Part shown: positions 36,963 to 44,370 of the stretch, piece after piece | Numbering within the stretch: position 1 is the stretch's first letter | How the letters are laid out: each line of letters begins with the position of its first letter | Origin: Thermodesulfobacteriota bacterium | GTDB taxonomy: Bacteria; Desulfobacterota; Syntrophia; Syntrophales; JADFWA01 | DNA: 44,683 nucleotides | Assembly: GCA_034658835.1 (NCBI GenBank) | Contig: JAYEGA010000058.1 | Coordinates: 1-44,683, forward strand | Direction of reading: 5' to 3' | Position numbers and translations under genes: made by a program | Notes under the pieces: generated by a model | Database searches by the model: none | What the model was told of the DNA's origin: nothing | What the model saw: the letters and a program-made list of their open reading frames with translations, nothing else

Positions 36963-36996
36963 AAGAGGCGCACAATTAAATGTGCGCCTCTTTTTT
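36963..36996 (+). terminator. Rho-independent terminator after meaB
   Basis: An 11-bp stem, AGAGGCGCACA / TGTGCGCCTCT, has a 6-nt loop and is followed by a T7 run. Confidence 0.75.
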
Positions 36997-37022
36997 TGGA
37001 CACCTTTGCATAATCAGCTCTT

Positions 37023-37130
37023 CGTCATTGCGAGGAGTGAAACGACGTGGCAATCTACCTTTCGTTCCCACGCTCCAGCGTGGGAACGAGGCACAAAGAG
37101 GGGTGGCATGGACAAACTTGTTTGTCCGTG
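37023..37130. repeat. REP-like composite of small palindromes in a convergent intergenic region
   Basis: GTCATTGCGAGGAGTGAAACGACGTGGCAATC is related to the 5' end of the element at 23977. Two hairpins follow: CGTTCCCACGC-N4-GCGTGGGAACG and GGACAAAC-TTG-TTTGTCC. Confidence 0.5.
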
Positions 37131-37141
37131 TCAGAATCAAT

Positions 37142-39001
37142 TTACCACTGCGGTGTATACTCCGGTACGATTTCCTGGAGTTTCTTCTTTATAGCCGTGG
37201 CATCATAGGTGCCTGCAACAGTCAGAAGTTCATCAATTTTCACATTAAGAACATCCCGGTCGCGTGTGTTTCCTCGAATGACAAGAACCTTTTCATGATT
37301 TGTGGCCACGATTCCTTCCCCTTCTGTAATCAATTCTTCATAAAGCTTTTCCCCGGGGCGAAGACCGGTGAACTTAATGGGAATATCACGATCCGGTTCA
37401 AACCCGCTGAGGCGAATCAGATCCCGTGCCAGGTCAACTATACGTATGGACTTGCCCATATCCAGGATGAATATCTCGTTTCCCTCACCCATGGCGCCGG
37501 CCTGAAGGATTAATTGCGCGGCTTCCGAAAGACTCATGAAGTAGCGGGTTATTTCCGGGTGGGTAACGGTCACAGGCACACCTTTGGATATCTGTTTCTG
37601 AAATATGGGAATGGCCGATCCGGAACTCCAGAGGACATTTCCGAAGCGTACAGCCATAAGGCGGGTTGCAGTGTTCTCATTTACACATTCCACTAACATC
37701 TCGGCCACACGTTTGGTAGCCCCCATTACATTAGTGGGCCGCACCGCCTTGTCAGTCGAAACAAGGACAAAGCGTTCTGTCTGATTTTCCAGAGCCGCCT
37801 CAACCAGATTTCGTGTGCCCAAGATATTGTTCAATGTTGTCTCCCACGGGTTCAGCTCCTGCATCGGTACATGTTTATAAGCAGCCGCATGAAAAACCAC
37901 GTCCGGACTAAATTCCCGAAAAGCCCTGCCTACAGACGTACGATTCTTTATGTCCAGGAGGAATTCTGATGTCGGGATAAACTCAAAACGCTGTTTGCAT
38001 TCCATTGCTATCTTGAAAAGATTCACCTCACTAAACTCCATAAAGGCTATCGCCCGGGGATGAAAACGGCATACCTGCCTCACCAGCTCACCACCTATGG
38101 AGCCTCCGGCCCCCGTAATCAGAATGCGCTTATCTTTAAGGTACTGGCGAATATCTTCTTCATCCAGATGTATTTCTTCACGATCCAGCAAGTCCTCCAT
38201 GTGTACCTTACGAATTGCCTTTACCGAAACTCTCCCTTCGATAAGCTCCCAGATTCCGGGCAAAGTGCGGAACTGTTTACCTGTCTCTTCGCACAGTGAA
38301 ACAATCCTCCGCAGCTTTTCACCCCTGATTGAAGGGGTGGCAATCAGGATCTCATCAAATTCCTTCCGGGTTTTGTTAATATCATCCACCGTTCCCAGAA
38401 CCGGAACTCCATGAATAGTCATTCCTTGCTTGCTACGGTCATCGTCGAGGAGTCCCACGGGTTCAATTTTAATTGAAGGGGTTTCCTGGATTTCCCTCAG
38501 AATCTTTTCCCCTGCATCACCGGCTCCGATAATCATTAATTTCTTTTTCCTGGTTGATGGGCCCTTACTGGGCTTGAATATCCATAATGATGGGAAATAA
38601 TCGCCAAGGAAAACTCGAATGGCTACACGAATTCCTCCAATGAAAAGCAGAGTAAACACCCAGTCAATAACGAATACGGAGCGGGAATAACCATGAAAGC
38701 GGTACAGAAAAAGAATGGATAATACAATAATTATTGAGGAAAGGCTGGAGGCATTAAAAATGTTTCTCAGATCTACCAGACTTGTATATCTCCACATCCC
38801 TCTGTAGAGACCGAATATAAAGAAGCAAATTAGTTTTAAGGGAATTAAGAACGGTAATGTGCTTTTAAATTGTGCCCAGTGATCTAATGGAATGTGGCCT
38901 TCGAAACGCAGCAAGTATGCAAAGAAATAGGCCATCGTTACGAGGACCGCATCCAGAAGGAGCATTATATAAAAGTTTTTATTGCGTATAACGTTTTTCA
39001 T
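37142..39001 (-). CDS. Membrane-anchored polysaccharide biosynthesis protein, CapD/PglF/WbpM-type NDP-sugar 4,6-dehydratase
   Basis: There are four N-terminal TM segments and two Rossmann motifs (IIGAGDAG and ITGAGGSIG). The SDR catalytic region YKHVP, VSTDKAV and GATKR are present. Confidence 0.88.
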   Translation of the reverse strand: MKNVIRNKNFYIMLLLDAVLVTMAYFFAYLLRFEGHIPLDHWAQFKSTLPFLIPLKLICFFIFGLYRGMWRYTSLVDLRNIFNASSLSSIIIVLSILFLYRFHGYSRSVFVIDWVFTLLFIGGIRVAIRVFLGDYFPSLWIFKPSKGPSTRKKKLMIIGAGDAGEKILREIQETPSIKIEPVGLLDDDRSKQGMTIHGVPVLGTVDDINKTRKEFDEILIATPSIRGEKLRRIVSLCEETGKQFRTLPGIWELIEGRVSVKAIRKVHMEDLLDREEIHLDEEDIRQYLKDKRILITGAGGSIGGELVRQVCRFHPRAIAFMEFSEVNLFKIAMECKQRFEFIPTSEFLLDIKNRTSVGRAFREFSPDVVFHAAAYKHVPMQELNPWETTLNNILGTRNLVEAALENQTERFVLVSTDKAVRPTNVMGATKRVAEMLVECVNENTATRLMAVRFGNVLWSSGSAIPIFQKQISKGVPVTVTHPEITRYFMSLSEAAQLILQAGAMGEGNEIFILDMGKSIRIVDLARDLIRLSGFEPDRDIPIKFTGLRPGEKLYEELITEGEGIVATNHEKVLVIRGNTRDRDVLNVKIDELLTVAGTYDATAIKKKLQEIVPEYTPQW

Positions 39002-39026
39002 GTTTGATTAACTCAATTTCCGTAGA

Positions 39027-39055
39027 ACAGTAGGACAGGCGTCTCGCCTGTCTGT
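39027..39055. repeat. Small GC-rich palindromic (REP-like) hairpin
   Basis: GACAGGCG-TCT-CGCCTGTC, with flanking ACAG/CTGT. It lies between the AbiEii stop and the PglF-like start. Confidence 0.4.
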
Positions 39056-39167
39056 AATTGTTCTTAGCATATCACAGGCCGTTCCATCAGCTCTTCTCAC
39101 TTCTTCATTCCCCAAAGTATAATAAATGTGTAAACAATTCTCAATCTCTTTTCCCCGCTCAAACAAT

Positions 39168-39866
39168 TTATATCCACTTTTCTATTTCATCTGTGTAATC
39201 TGTGGATTCTTTTTGTTTTTCAATTAGCGTCCTCTTAAATATTTTGAAGTTTTCAACAGAATAATATTTCCGTTGTTCTTTTTCTAATAGTGAGCCAAGC
39301 TTGACGGTATAATCTCTCCGGGGTAAGGCATCGATAAGCCTGAGAACCTCTCTTAGCGTATCAGCAGATGCCTCAAGCGGAACGCCTCTTTTAAACAGAA
39401 ATTCCATGTCAAAGACATCCCTGATTTCCTGGCGATCCAGAAATGCCTCGATTTTCGACTCCATCATATCGCTTAAGGATACTGCCTTCAAAAAAACCTG
39501 CGTATTTGCATATTTGCTGTAAGCGATTACCTGTTCCACATGGATTTTTTTGACTTCCCTGCGGATTTCCAGTTTCAAGCTCCGGGGATAAGCAGGCGAT
39601 TTTAATTCAAAAAGGATTGTATAAAATTTCTCCGCACTGTCTCTTAGGTCATAATACCTCGCAAGATAAGCCTTCATATTTTCAAAGAATTCCGGCTTCA
39701 GATCCTTGATAACCCAAAAATCCAGATCAACGGAAAATCGTTCGAGTCCATGGCACAGACGCAGCATGGTCCCCCCGCCAAAGATAATCTGATTGAGAAA
39801 TTTACCGCTGTTGAGCCTGTCCAGAACTTCCAGCTCAAACCGCTCCTGCATGATTAAATCCTGCAT
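39168..39866 (-). CDS. AbiEii/AbiGii-family nucleotidyltransferase toxin (DUF1814)
   Basis: The N-terminal NTase motif is GGTMLRLCHGLERFSVDLDF. A 13-nt overlap with the upstream AbiEi-like gene is typical of type IV TA pairs. Confidence 0.8.
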   Translation of the reverse strand: MQDLIMQERFELEVLDRLNSGKFLNQIIFGGGTMLRLCHGLERFSVDLDFWVIKDLKPEFFENMKAYLARYYDLRDSAEKFYTILFELKSPAYPRSLKLEIRREVKKIHVEQVIAYSKYANTQVFLKAVSLSDMMESKIEAFLDRQEIRDVFDMEFLFKRGVPLEASADTLREVLRLIDALPRRDYTVKLGSLLEKEQRKYYSVENFKIFKRTLIEKQKESTDYTDEIEKWI

Positions 39867-40441
39867 AGTCCTCTGATAGTCTTCCGCGTTTTTTCAGGGA
39901 AAATGACCATGATATCGGCAATTAATTTCTTATCCAGCACCTTTAGATCACAGGCATGCCAATCCATGGAATATTTCCCGAACGCGCAGAGATGCGCTGT
40001 ATCAACAAATGCCTTTTCCTTCGTGGCAATAAAAAGATCTCCGCGCCTTACAAATCCAAAGTAATACTCTTTTTTAAATTTGTAGTAATTAAACGCGACG
40101 CCCTCTGCCTCGAATCTGATCGACCGTTTAACAGAAATATTATCATACCAGTCTCTCTGCACCTGGGTAGTAATCCCGTAAAATGAAAGTGCTGTCACGC
40201 AAGACACATACGACGGAACCTGCAGATAATTGGCTATTTTGAAGTAATCCTCACGATTATAACGTGGCCAGTTTCCGGCCGATACATAGAAATTTTTCTT
40301 TAACCTTAAAAAGGTCTCATTCTTAACATAACGGCTGCATAATACCTGAGCGGATTCATTTTTAATACCAGCAGCTTCCGCCAGGTCATCCACGGAAAAA
40401 AACAACTTATTCGATAAATAATTCAGGGTCTTTATTTTCAT
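39854..40441 (-). CDS. AbiEi-family antitoxin / transcriptional regulator
   Basis: An N-terminal wHTH-like region (FSVDDLAEAAGIKNESAQVLCSRYVKN) and a C-terminal segment (PSYVSCVTALSFYGITTQ) resemble AbiEi. The pairing with AbiEii supports the call. The start is ambiguous among 40441, 40456 and a TTG at 40465. Confidence 0.7.
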   Translation of the reverse strand: MKIKTLNYLSNKLFFSVDDLAEAAGIKNESAQVLCSRYVKNETFLRLKKNFYVSAGNWPRYNREDYFKIANYLQVPSYVSCVTALSFYGITTQVQRDWYDNISVKRSIRFEAEGVAFNYYKFKKEYYFGFVRRGDLFIATKEKAFVDTAHLCAFGKYSMDWHACDLKVLDKKLIADIMVIFPEKTRKTIRGLCRI

Positions 40442-40529
40442 AATGTAAACATACATCCTTAACAATTATGTTAAGAATATATACTCAGACAATATATGTC
40501 AACTAAAAACGTTCCGTTCTTTCCGGTTT

Positions 40530-40557
40530 CCTGTCTCCGGTCTCCATCCTCCCGTCT
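40530..40557. repeat. Heptamer-type tandem repeat (CCNNYCT)x4
   Basis: CCTGTCT CCGGTCT CCATCCT CCCGTCT ends exactly at the stop codon of the truncated transferase. A related tract, TCTGTCTCCCGTCTCC, occurs at about 42870. Confidence 0.6.
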
Positions 40558-40878
40558 TTAATGTGTTACCCCTTCTCTCCTTACAACCTTCACAGGAATC
40601 GGCAGTTCATCCAGACTGAACTTGCGCCAAAAAGACCCGATCGGTGTAAGGTAAATATCAGGATCTTTCATTAGATGGGTTGCGACAGCAGGGGTATCTG
40701 TGATCATCGTCCGAAACTTGGGCATTCTGAATATACTGTTATTGATCCCCACCCTGTCCGACCAGTACAACACCGGCCCTTCTGAGGTCAGTTTCACTAT
40801 CAATCCGACAACAAAAATCGGCACACTTAAAAAACACAATAAAAAATCGGCCATAGCCAGATCCAAAATACGCTTCAT
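40558..40878 (-). pseudogene. 3'-truncated PglC/WbaP-type polyprenyl-phosphate sugar phosphotransferase
   Basis: The N-terminal 92 aa are canonical: a re-entrant helix, GPVLYWSDRVG, KFRTM and FSLDELP. Right after DELP, where family members continue with QL.NVL.GDMS.VGPRP, the sequence becomes unrelated (IPVKVVRREGVTH-stop). The ORF is 106 aa, against about 200 aa for intact homologs. Confidence 0.75.
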
Positions 40879-40892
40879 TAGAATTTATTACC

Positions 40893-41354
40893 TCACGCAA
40901 AGGCGCAAAGACGCCAAGTTATTCTTTCAAACCATTTACGATTCTTGATATGCCGTCACGAATCAGTTCCGAACCGAAATTGATTAACAATCCCAACCTC
41001 TTGTCTGCTAACCTGAGATAAGTTAACAATTGTTTTTTATGGACAGGAACTATCTTTTCAACAGACTTAAGTTCCACAATAACTTTTCCTTCTACAATCA
41101 AATCTGCTCTGAATCCCTCATCGAACTTTATATCATCATAAACAATAGTAACCGGCACCTGCCGTTTAACCTTCAGGCCTCTTTTCTTCAATTCATAAGC
41201 CAAAACAATTTCGTATACAGACTCCAAAAGCCCTGGCCCAAGCCTTTTGTGAATTTGAAATGCCGCATCAACAACTATCTTCGCAATCTCATTTTCAGTC
41301 ATAATCTTTTTTTATATTGTTTTTATGTTTTAGCGTCTTTGCGCCTTTGCGTGA
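40893..41354. mobile_element. 462-bp cassette: GxxExxY gene bounded by perfect 22-bp inverted repeats
   Basis: TCACGCAAAGGCGCAAAGACGC (40893-40914) is the exact reverse complement of GCGTCTTTGCGCCTTTGCGTGA (41333-41354). No transposase is present, so mobility is only inferred. Confidence 0.4.
40919..41302 (-). CDS. GxxExxY-family protein (PD-(D/E)xK nuclease-like fold)
   Basis: The protein is 127 aa. The signature is GPGLLESVYE. DLIVEGKVIVELK is a D...E.K nuclease-like motif, and LLINFG lies near the C-terminus. Confidence 0.85.
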   Translation of the reverse strand: MTENEIAKIVVDAAFQIHKRLGPGLLESVYEIVLAYELKKRGLKVKRQVPVTIVYDDIKFDEGFRADLIVEGKVIVELKSVEKIVPVHKKQLLTYLRLADKRLGLLINFGSELIRDGISRIVNGLKE

Positions 41355-41510
41355 TCTTTGTATTGTTTTTCACTTTAGCGTCTTAGTGCCTTTGCGTGAG
41401 GCAGTTTTCTACTTTAGCGCCTTTGCGTGATCTTTGTATTGTTTTTCACTTTAGCGTCTTAGCGCCTTTGCGTGAGGCAGTTTTCTACTTTAGCGCCTTT
41501 GCGTGACTAT
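41329..41510. repeat. Higher-order tandem repeat, 76-bp period (~2.4 copies), built from two ~38-bp subrepeats
   Basis: GCGCCTTTGCGTGA recurs at 41341, 41417 and 41493, giving the 76-bp period. The core GCCTTTGCGTGA occurs five times. The alternating 'spacers' TCTTTGTATTGTTTTTCAC and GGCAGTTTTCTAC are themselves repeated. Confidence 0.85.
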
Positions 41511-41515
41511 GTCAT

Positions 41516-42748
41516 TCACAAAGCCGCCACAGGAATACACTGAACCCTGCTGGTGAGAGGCAGTGACATTTCTGCCAGGCAGATCACCCCTCCCGGTCCG
41601 ACGGGCATATTCAGTTTATCCAAAACTTTAAAGTGCCTGATGGCGTCTTTTTTTGGAGCTGCGGTTTTTTTGAACTCCAGAGGATAGATCGTTCCATCCT
41701 TAATTATAAGCAAATCAATCTCTTTTTTATCCTTGTCCCGATAGTAGTAAAACTGAGCGCGTCTTCCGTTATGCCAGTAACTCTTCAAGATTTCCGCCAT
41801 GATCCATGTTTCCAGAACAGCGCCTGACATAGCGCCGGCCTCCAGTGTTTCCGGACTTGACCATTCGGTCAGGTATGCGCCCAGTCCTGTATCAAGGAAA
41901 TAGAGCTTGGGCCTTTTGACCAGTCTTTTGGTTATATTGCTGTAATAAGGTTCAAGCAGAAAGACAATTCCGGAGGCCTGCAGGATGGAAAGCCAGCTCT
42001 TTGCGGTATTGGGTGCCACATCGGCATCACGGGCCAGATCAGAAAGGTTCAGCAATTGCCCGGTTCTCGCGGCTGCTGCCCGCAGAAAACGCAAAAACGC
42101 CATCTCATCACCGATTCTGGCCAGGTCCCTGATGTCCCGCTGCAAATACGTCTGGACATAAGAACTGTAAAACAGGTCCCTGTCAATTTCTTTATTAATA
42201 GCTATTGCAGGAAATGACCCTCTCCAAATGCACTGATAAAGGGCTTTCAGCGAAAGCGTCTCCCGATCTTCAAGCCGGTTTTTGATAATATCATCTGTCG
42301 GTAGAAACGGTTTTGCTTTGTCTGATTTTCCGATCAATTCTCCGCGTGAAAAGCCCAGCAGATTCACAACACCAACCCGGCCGGCAAGAGATTCCGACAC
42401 CCCCTTCATCAGATGAAATTGCTGGGAATCGGTCAGCCAGAACATGCCAGGTTTACGCTTCTTGTCAACCTCGATCTTAATGAACGGCAAAAGCTCAGGG
42501 GCATACTGGATTTCATCAATAAGCACAGGATGCTGAAAACGCTGCAGGAACAATCCAGGGTCCTCTTTCGCCAGGTCGCGAACCATCGGATCATCAAGAG
42601 TTACATACTCTCTCTCCTCTCCGCTGATATGCTGAAGAAATGTTGTTTTGCCAACCTGTCGTGGACCAGCCAGCAACAATACCGGAAACTGGCGATTAGC
42701 TTTCTTGAAAAAATCCTCAAGAGTGCGGGGGAAATAAATCATAAGCAC
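41516..42748 (-). CDS. AAA+ ATPase with a C-terminal DUF4143 / PD-(D/E)xK-like domain
   Basis: Walker A is LLAGPRQVGKTT and Walker B-like is VLIDEIQ. The C-terminus, KEIDLLIIKDGTIYPLEFKK, resembles a restriction-endonuclease-fold motif. Confidence 0.85.
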   Translation of the reverse strand: MLMIYFPRTLEDFFKKANRQFPVLLLAGPRQVGKTTFLQHISGEEREYVTLDDPMVRDLAKEDPGLFLQRFQHPVLIDEIQYAPELLPFIKIEVDKKRKPGMFWLTDSQQFHLMKGVSESLAGRVGVVNLLGFSRGELIGKSDKAKPFLPTDDIIKNRLEDRETLSLKALYQCIWRGSFPAIAINKEIDRDLFYSSYVQTYLQRDIRDLARIGDEMAFLRFLRAAAARTGQLLNLSDLARDADVAPNTAKSWLSILQASGIVFLLEPYYSNITKRLVKRPKLYFLDTGLGAYLTEWSSPETLEAGAMSGAVLETWIMAEILKSYWHNGRRAQFYYYRDKDKKEIDLLIIKDGTIYPLEFKKTAAPKKDAIRHFKVLDKLNMPVGPGGVICLAEMSLPLTSRVQCIPVAAL

Positions 42749-42750
42749 CT

Positions 42751-42795
42751 CATTATCGTCTGTTTTTCAATTACAATGCAATATAGACGATAATG
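42751..42795. promoter_or_regulatory. 11-bp inverted repeat immediately upstream of the ATPase start, a possible operator
   Basis: The arms are CATTATCGTCT (42751-42761) and AGACGATAATG (42785-42795), with a 23-bp AT-rich spacer. Confidence 0.3.
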
Positions 42796-43021
42796 GATTC
42801 CATGTCAACCGGAAACGGCAGTATAGGAACACTTTTTTCAACCGTGGGGTGGGTCAAAGCGGATCTCTGACCTCTGTCTCCCGTCTCCAGTTCTCCGTCA
42901 GCTTGTTGCGGGGAGCTTCAAATTTGCGAGAATCTGTGGATAACAGTGGAGCGAAGGTTGTCACATTAAACCCTCGCTTTTCCTATAATTGCTCTATAGT
43001 CTGCATGATAATAGGTTGGAT

Positions 43022-43531
43022 TCAATCGCCGGATAACTCCCTGGCCTTGCGAACAGCTTTTAGATAAACTTCTTCTTTGAGATAGAATCCAGACTGAACA
43101 ATATCCTCCATGATAGACAGAAATTGGTCAAAGTTAAGTGAGTGATTTTTGACAGCCTTTAAGATCAACCACAGAGTGCCGATAGGTCTGAGACCTGCCA
43201 GTTCAGAAGCAGCTCTGGCCTTGGCGTCATCAATGAGCACTACTTCAATCCCTTTTTCTTTGGCCAGAGAGATAGCCTCTGCCTCGCCAGGATGGATTGT
43301 GATCTCAACAGGATAGATAATCTTGATACCTTGAACTATCATCCACCCTTGTTTGATAGCTCTTTCAACACGATAAGCATCTTTTTCTTCCAGACGCTTA
43401 CCTTCAATGACTACTTCCCGGTAGACAGCTTCAGGTATAAATACCTGCTTGACCATGCCCTGGAGAAGGCTCAGTTGATTTGCCCTGGCCAAATAGATGA
43501 GTGGTGTGGCGTTGGAAACAACCCTATCCAT
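43022..43531 (-). CDS. DUF3368-family PIN-like protein, a putative toxin
   Basis: Motifs VVSNATPLIYLARANQLSLL, GEAEAISLAKE, VLIDDAKAR and PIGTLWLILKA fit the DUF3368 (COG2405-type) pattern. Confidence 0.75.
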   Translation of the reverse strand: MDRVVSNATPLIYLARANQLSLLQGMVKQVFIPEAVYREVVIEGKRLEEKDAYRVERAIKQGWMIVQGIKIIYPVEITIHPGEAEAISLAKEKGIEVVLIDDAKARAASELAGLRPIGTLWLILKAVKNHSLNFDQFLSIMEDIVQSGFYLKEEVYLKAVRKARELSGD

Positions 43532-43826
43532 TGAGCGCCCTCAAATCCTTTTCAAATTCTTTCAAGTCATAGGAAGTATGGATGTGGGCGCGTTTTACTT
43601 CCCGAATCATTTCCCAGAGCGACAGATCACAGCGCTGAGCTGCTTCCCAGAGGGTTGTTGTGCCAGCCTTATAGTCTTCCAGAGAATCACGTATAGTATG
43701 TTCTTTTAAGGCACAGAGAAAAAAGGATCGCAACAGTGCAGAGCGGTCAATACCTTTTCGCGCGGCCATTTCATCAATCTTTTTAACATACCCATCATCT
43801 AAACGCGTAGTTACGGTCTTAGCCAT
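43524..43826 (-). CDS. RHH (CopG-like) - UPF0175 fusion protein, a putative antitoxin
   Basis: The N-terminus, MAKTVTTRLDDGYVKKIDEMAARKGIDRSALLR, looks like a ribbon-helix-helix. The C-terminus, YKAGTTTLWEAAQRCDLSLWEMIREVKRAHI, is UPF0175-like. An 8-nt overlap with the downstream PIN-like gene fits a TA pair. The ATG at 43826 is preceded by GGTGAGG. Confidence 0.7.
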   Translation of the reverse strand: MAKTVTTRLDDGYVKKIDEMAARKGIDRSALLRSFFLCALKEHTIRDSLEDYKAGTTTLWEAAQRCDLSLWEMIREVKRAHIHTSYDLKEFEKDLRALNG

Positions 43827-44026
43827 AATGTTCACCTCACCCTTCCGTTCTGTATGCAATTGCATTAATTGCATACAGGCTACCTGCCATCCCCTGATAA
43901 GTCAAGTGAAAAAACTTCCTGCTACCAATCTAATCATCCAGTCATCCAGTTTTTAACATCTATACCAAAGAAACCAATGGACGTCTCACAAGCGCCCCCG
44001 GCTCTAAGACTCTTTTTGAATTTTGC

Positions 44027-44056
44027 TTGACATAATAAAGAAACAACATCTATAAT
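44027..44056 (+). promoter_or_regulatory. Near-consensus sigma-70 promoter of the AbrB/RelE pair
   Basis: TTGACA (44027-44032), 18-nt spacer, TATAAT (44051-44056). Confidence 0.55.
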
Positions 44057-44082
44057 TGTTTAAAAGTTTAATTGTTTAAAAG
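44054..44082 (+). promoter_or_regulatory. Direct 13-bp repeats overlapping the -10 box and the leader, a likely antitoxin operator
   Basis: AATTGTTTAAAAG occurs at 44054-44066 and again at 44070-44082. The SD AGGAGG follows at 44081-44086. Confidence 0.4.
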
Positions 44083-44091
44083 GAGGACTTT

Positions 44092-44370
44092 ATGCCTACG
44101 ATAATGAAAATCAGCCCACAGGGCCAGATCCGAATACCAAATAAAATCATGAACTCGCTTGGCATTACAAAAGGCGACTATGTTGAAGTGGATGTGAAAG
44201 ACAGTGACATCATCTTGAAACCGAGAAAGCTCATTGATCCTTCGCAGGGGTGGCACTGGACAAAAGAATGGCAGAAAATGGAGGCCTGCGTTGATGGCGA
44301 GATCGAAAAAGGGTTTGTTTCGCCAACATTTAAGACTGCGGAAGAAGGATTAAAATGGTTGAAAAAGTAA
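44092..44370 (+). CDS. AbrB/MazE/SpoVT-family antitoxin
   Basis: The N-terminus, MKISPQGQIRIPNKIMNSLGITKGDYVEVDVKDSDIILKP, is a swapped-hairpin AbrB-type motif. A 16-nt overlap with the downstream toxin gene fits a TA pair. Confidence 0.8.
   Translation: MPTIMKISPQGQIRIPNKIMNSLGITKGDYVEVDVKDSDIILKPRKLIDPSQGWHWTKEWQKMEACVDGEIEKGFVSPTFKTAEEGLKWLKK

Noticed and set aside
36980-37513. Plus-strand ORFs starting in the REP-like region after meaB.
   Set aside because: They begin inside palindromic repeat DNA (producing the typical SLRGVKRRGN / PTLQRGNE-type pseudo-peptides) and continue antisense into the PglF-like gene.
41329-41510. Possible CRISPR array: a regularly spaced ~20-nt repeat with ~15-20-nt intervening segments.
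   Set aside because: The intervening 'spacers' are themselves repeated (two alternating types). The units are too short and there are no cas genes. This is a higher-order tandem repeat, not a CRISPR.
42849-43067. The 72-aa plus-strand ORF in the gap between the PIN-like gene and the ATPase.
   Set aside because: It has a GTG start with no SD, overlaps the 3' end of the PIN-like gene in antisense, and runs through the heptamer-like low-complexity tract.
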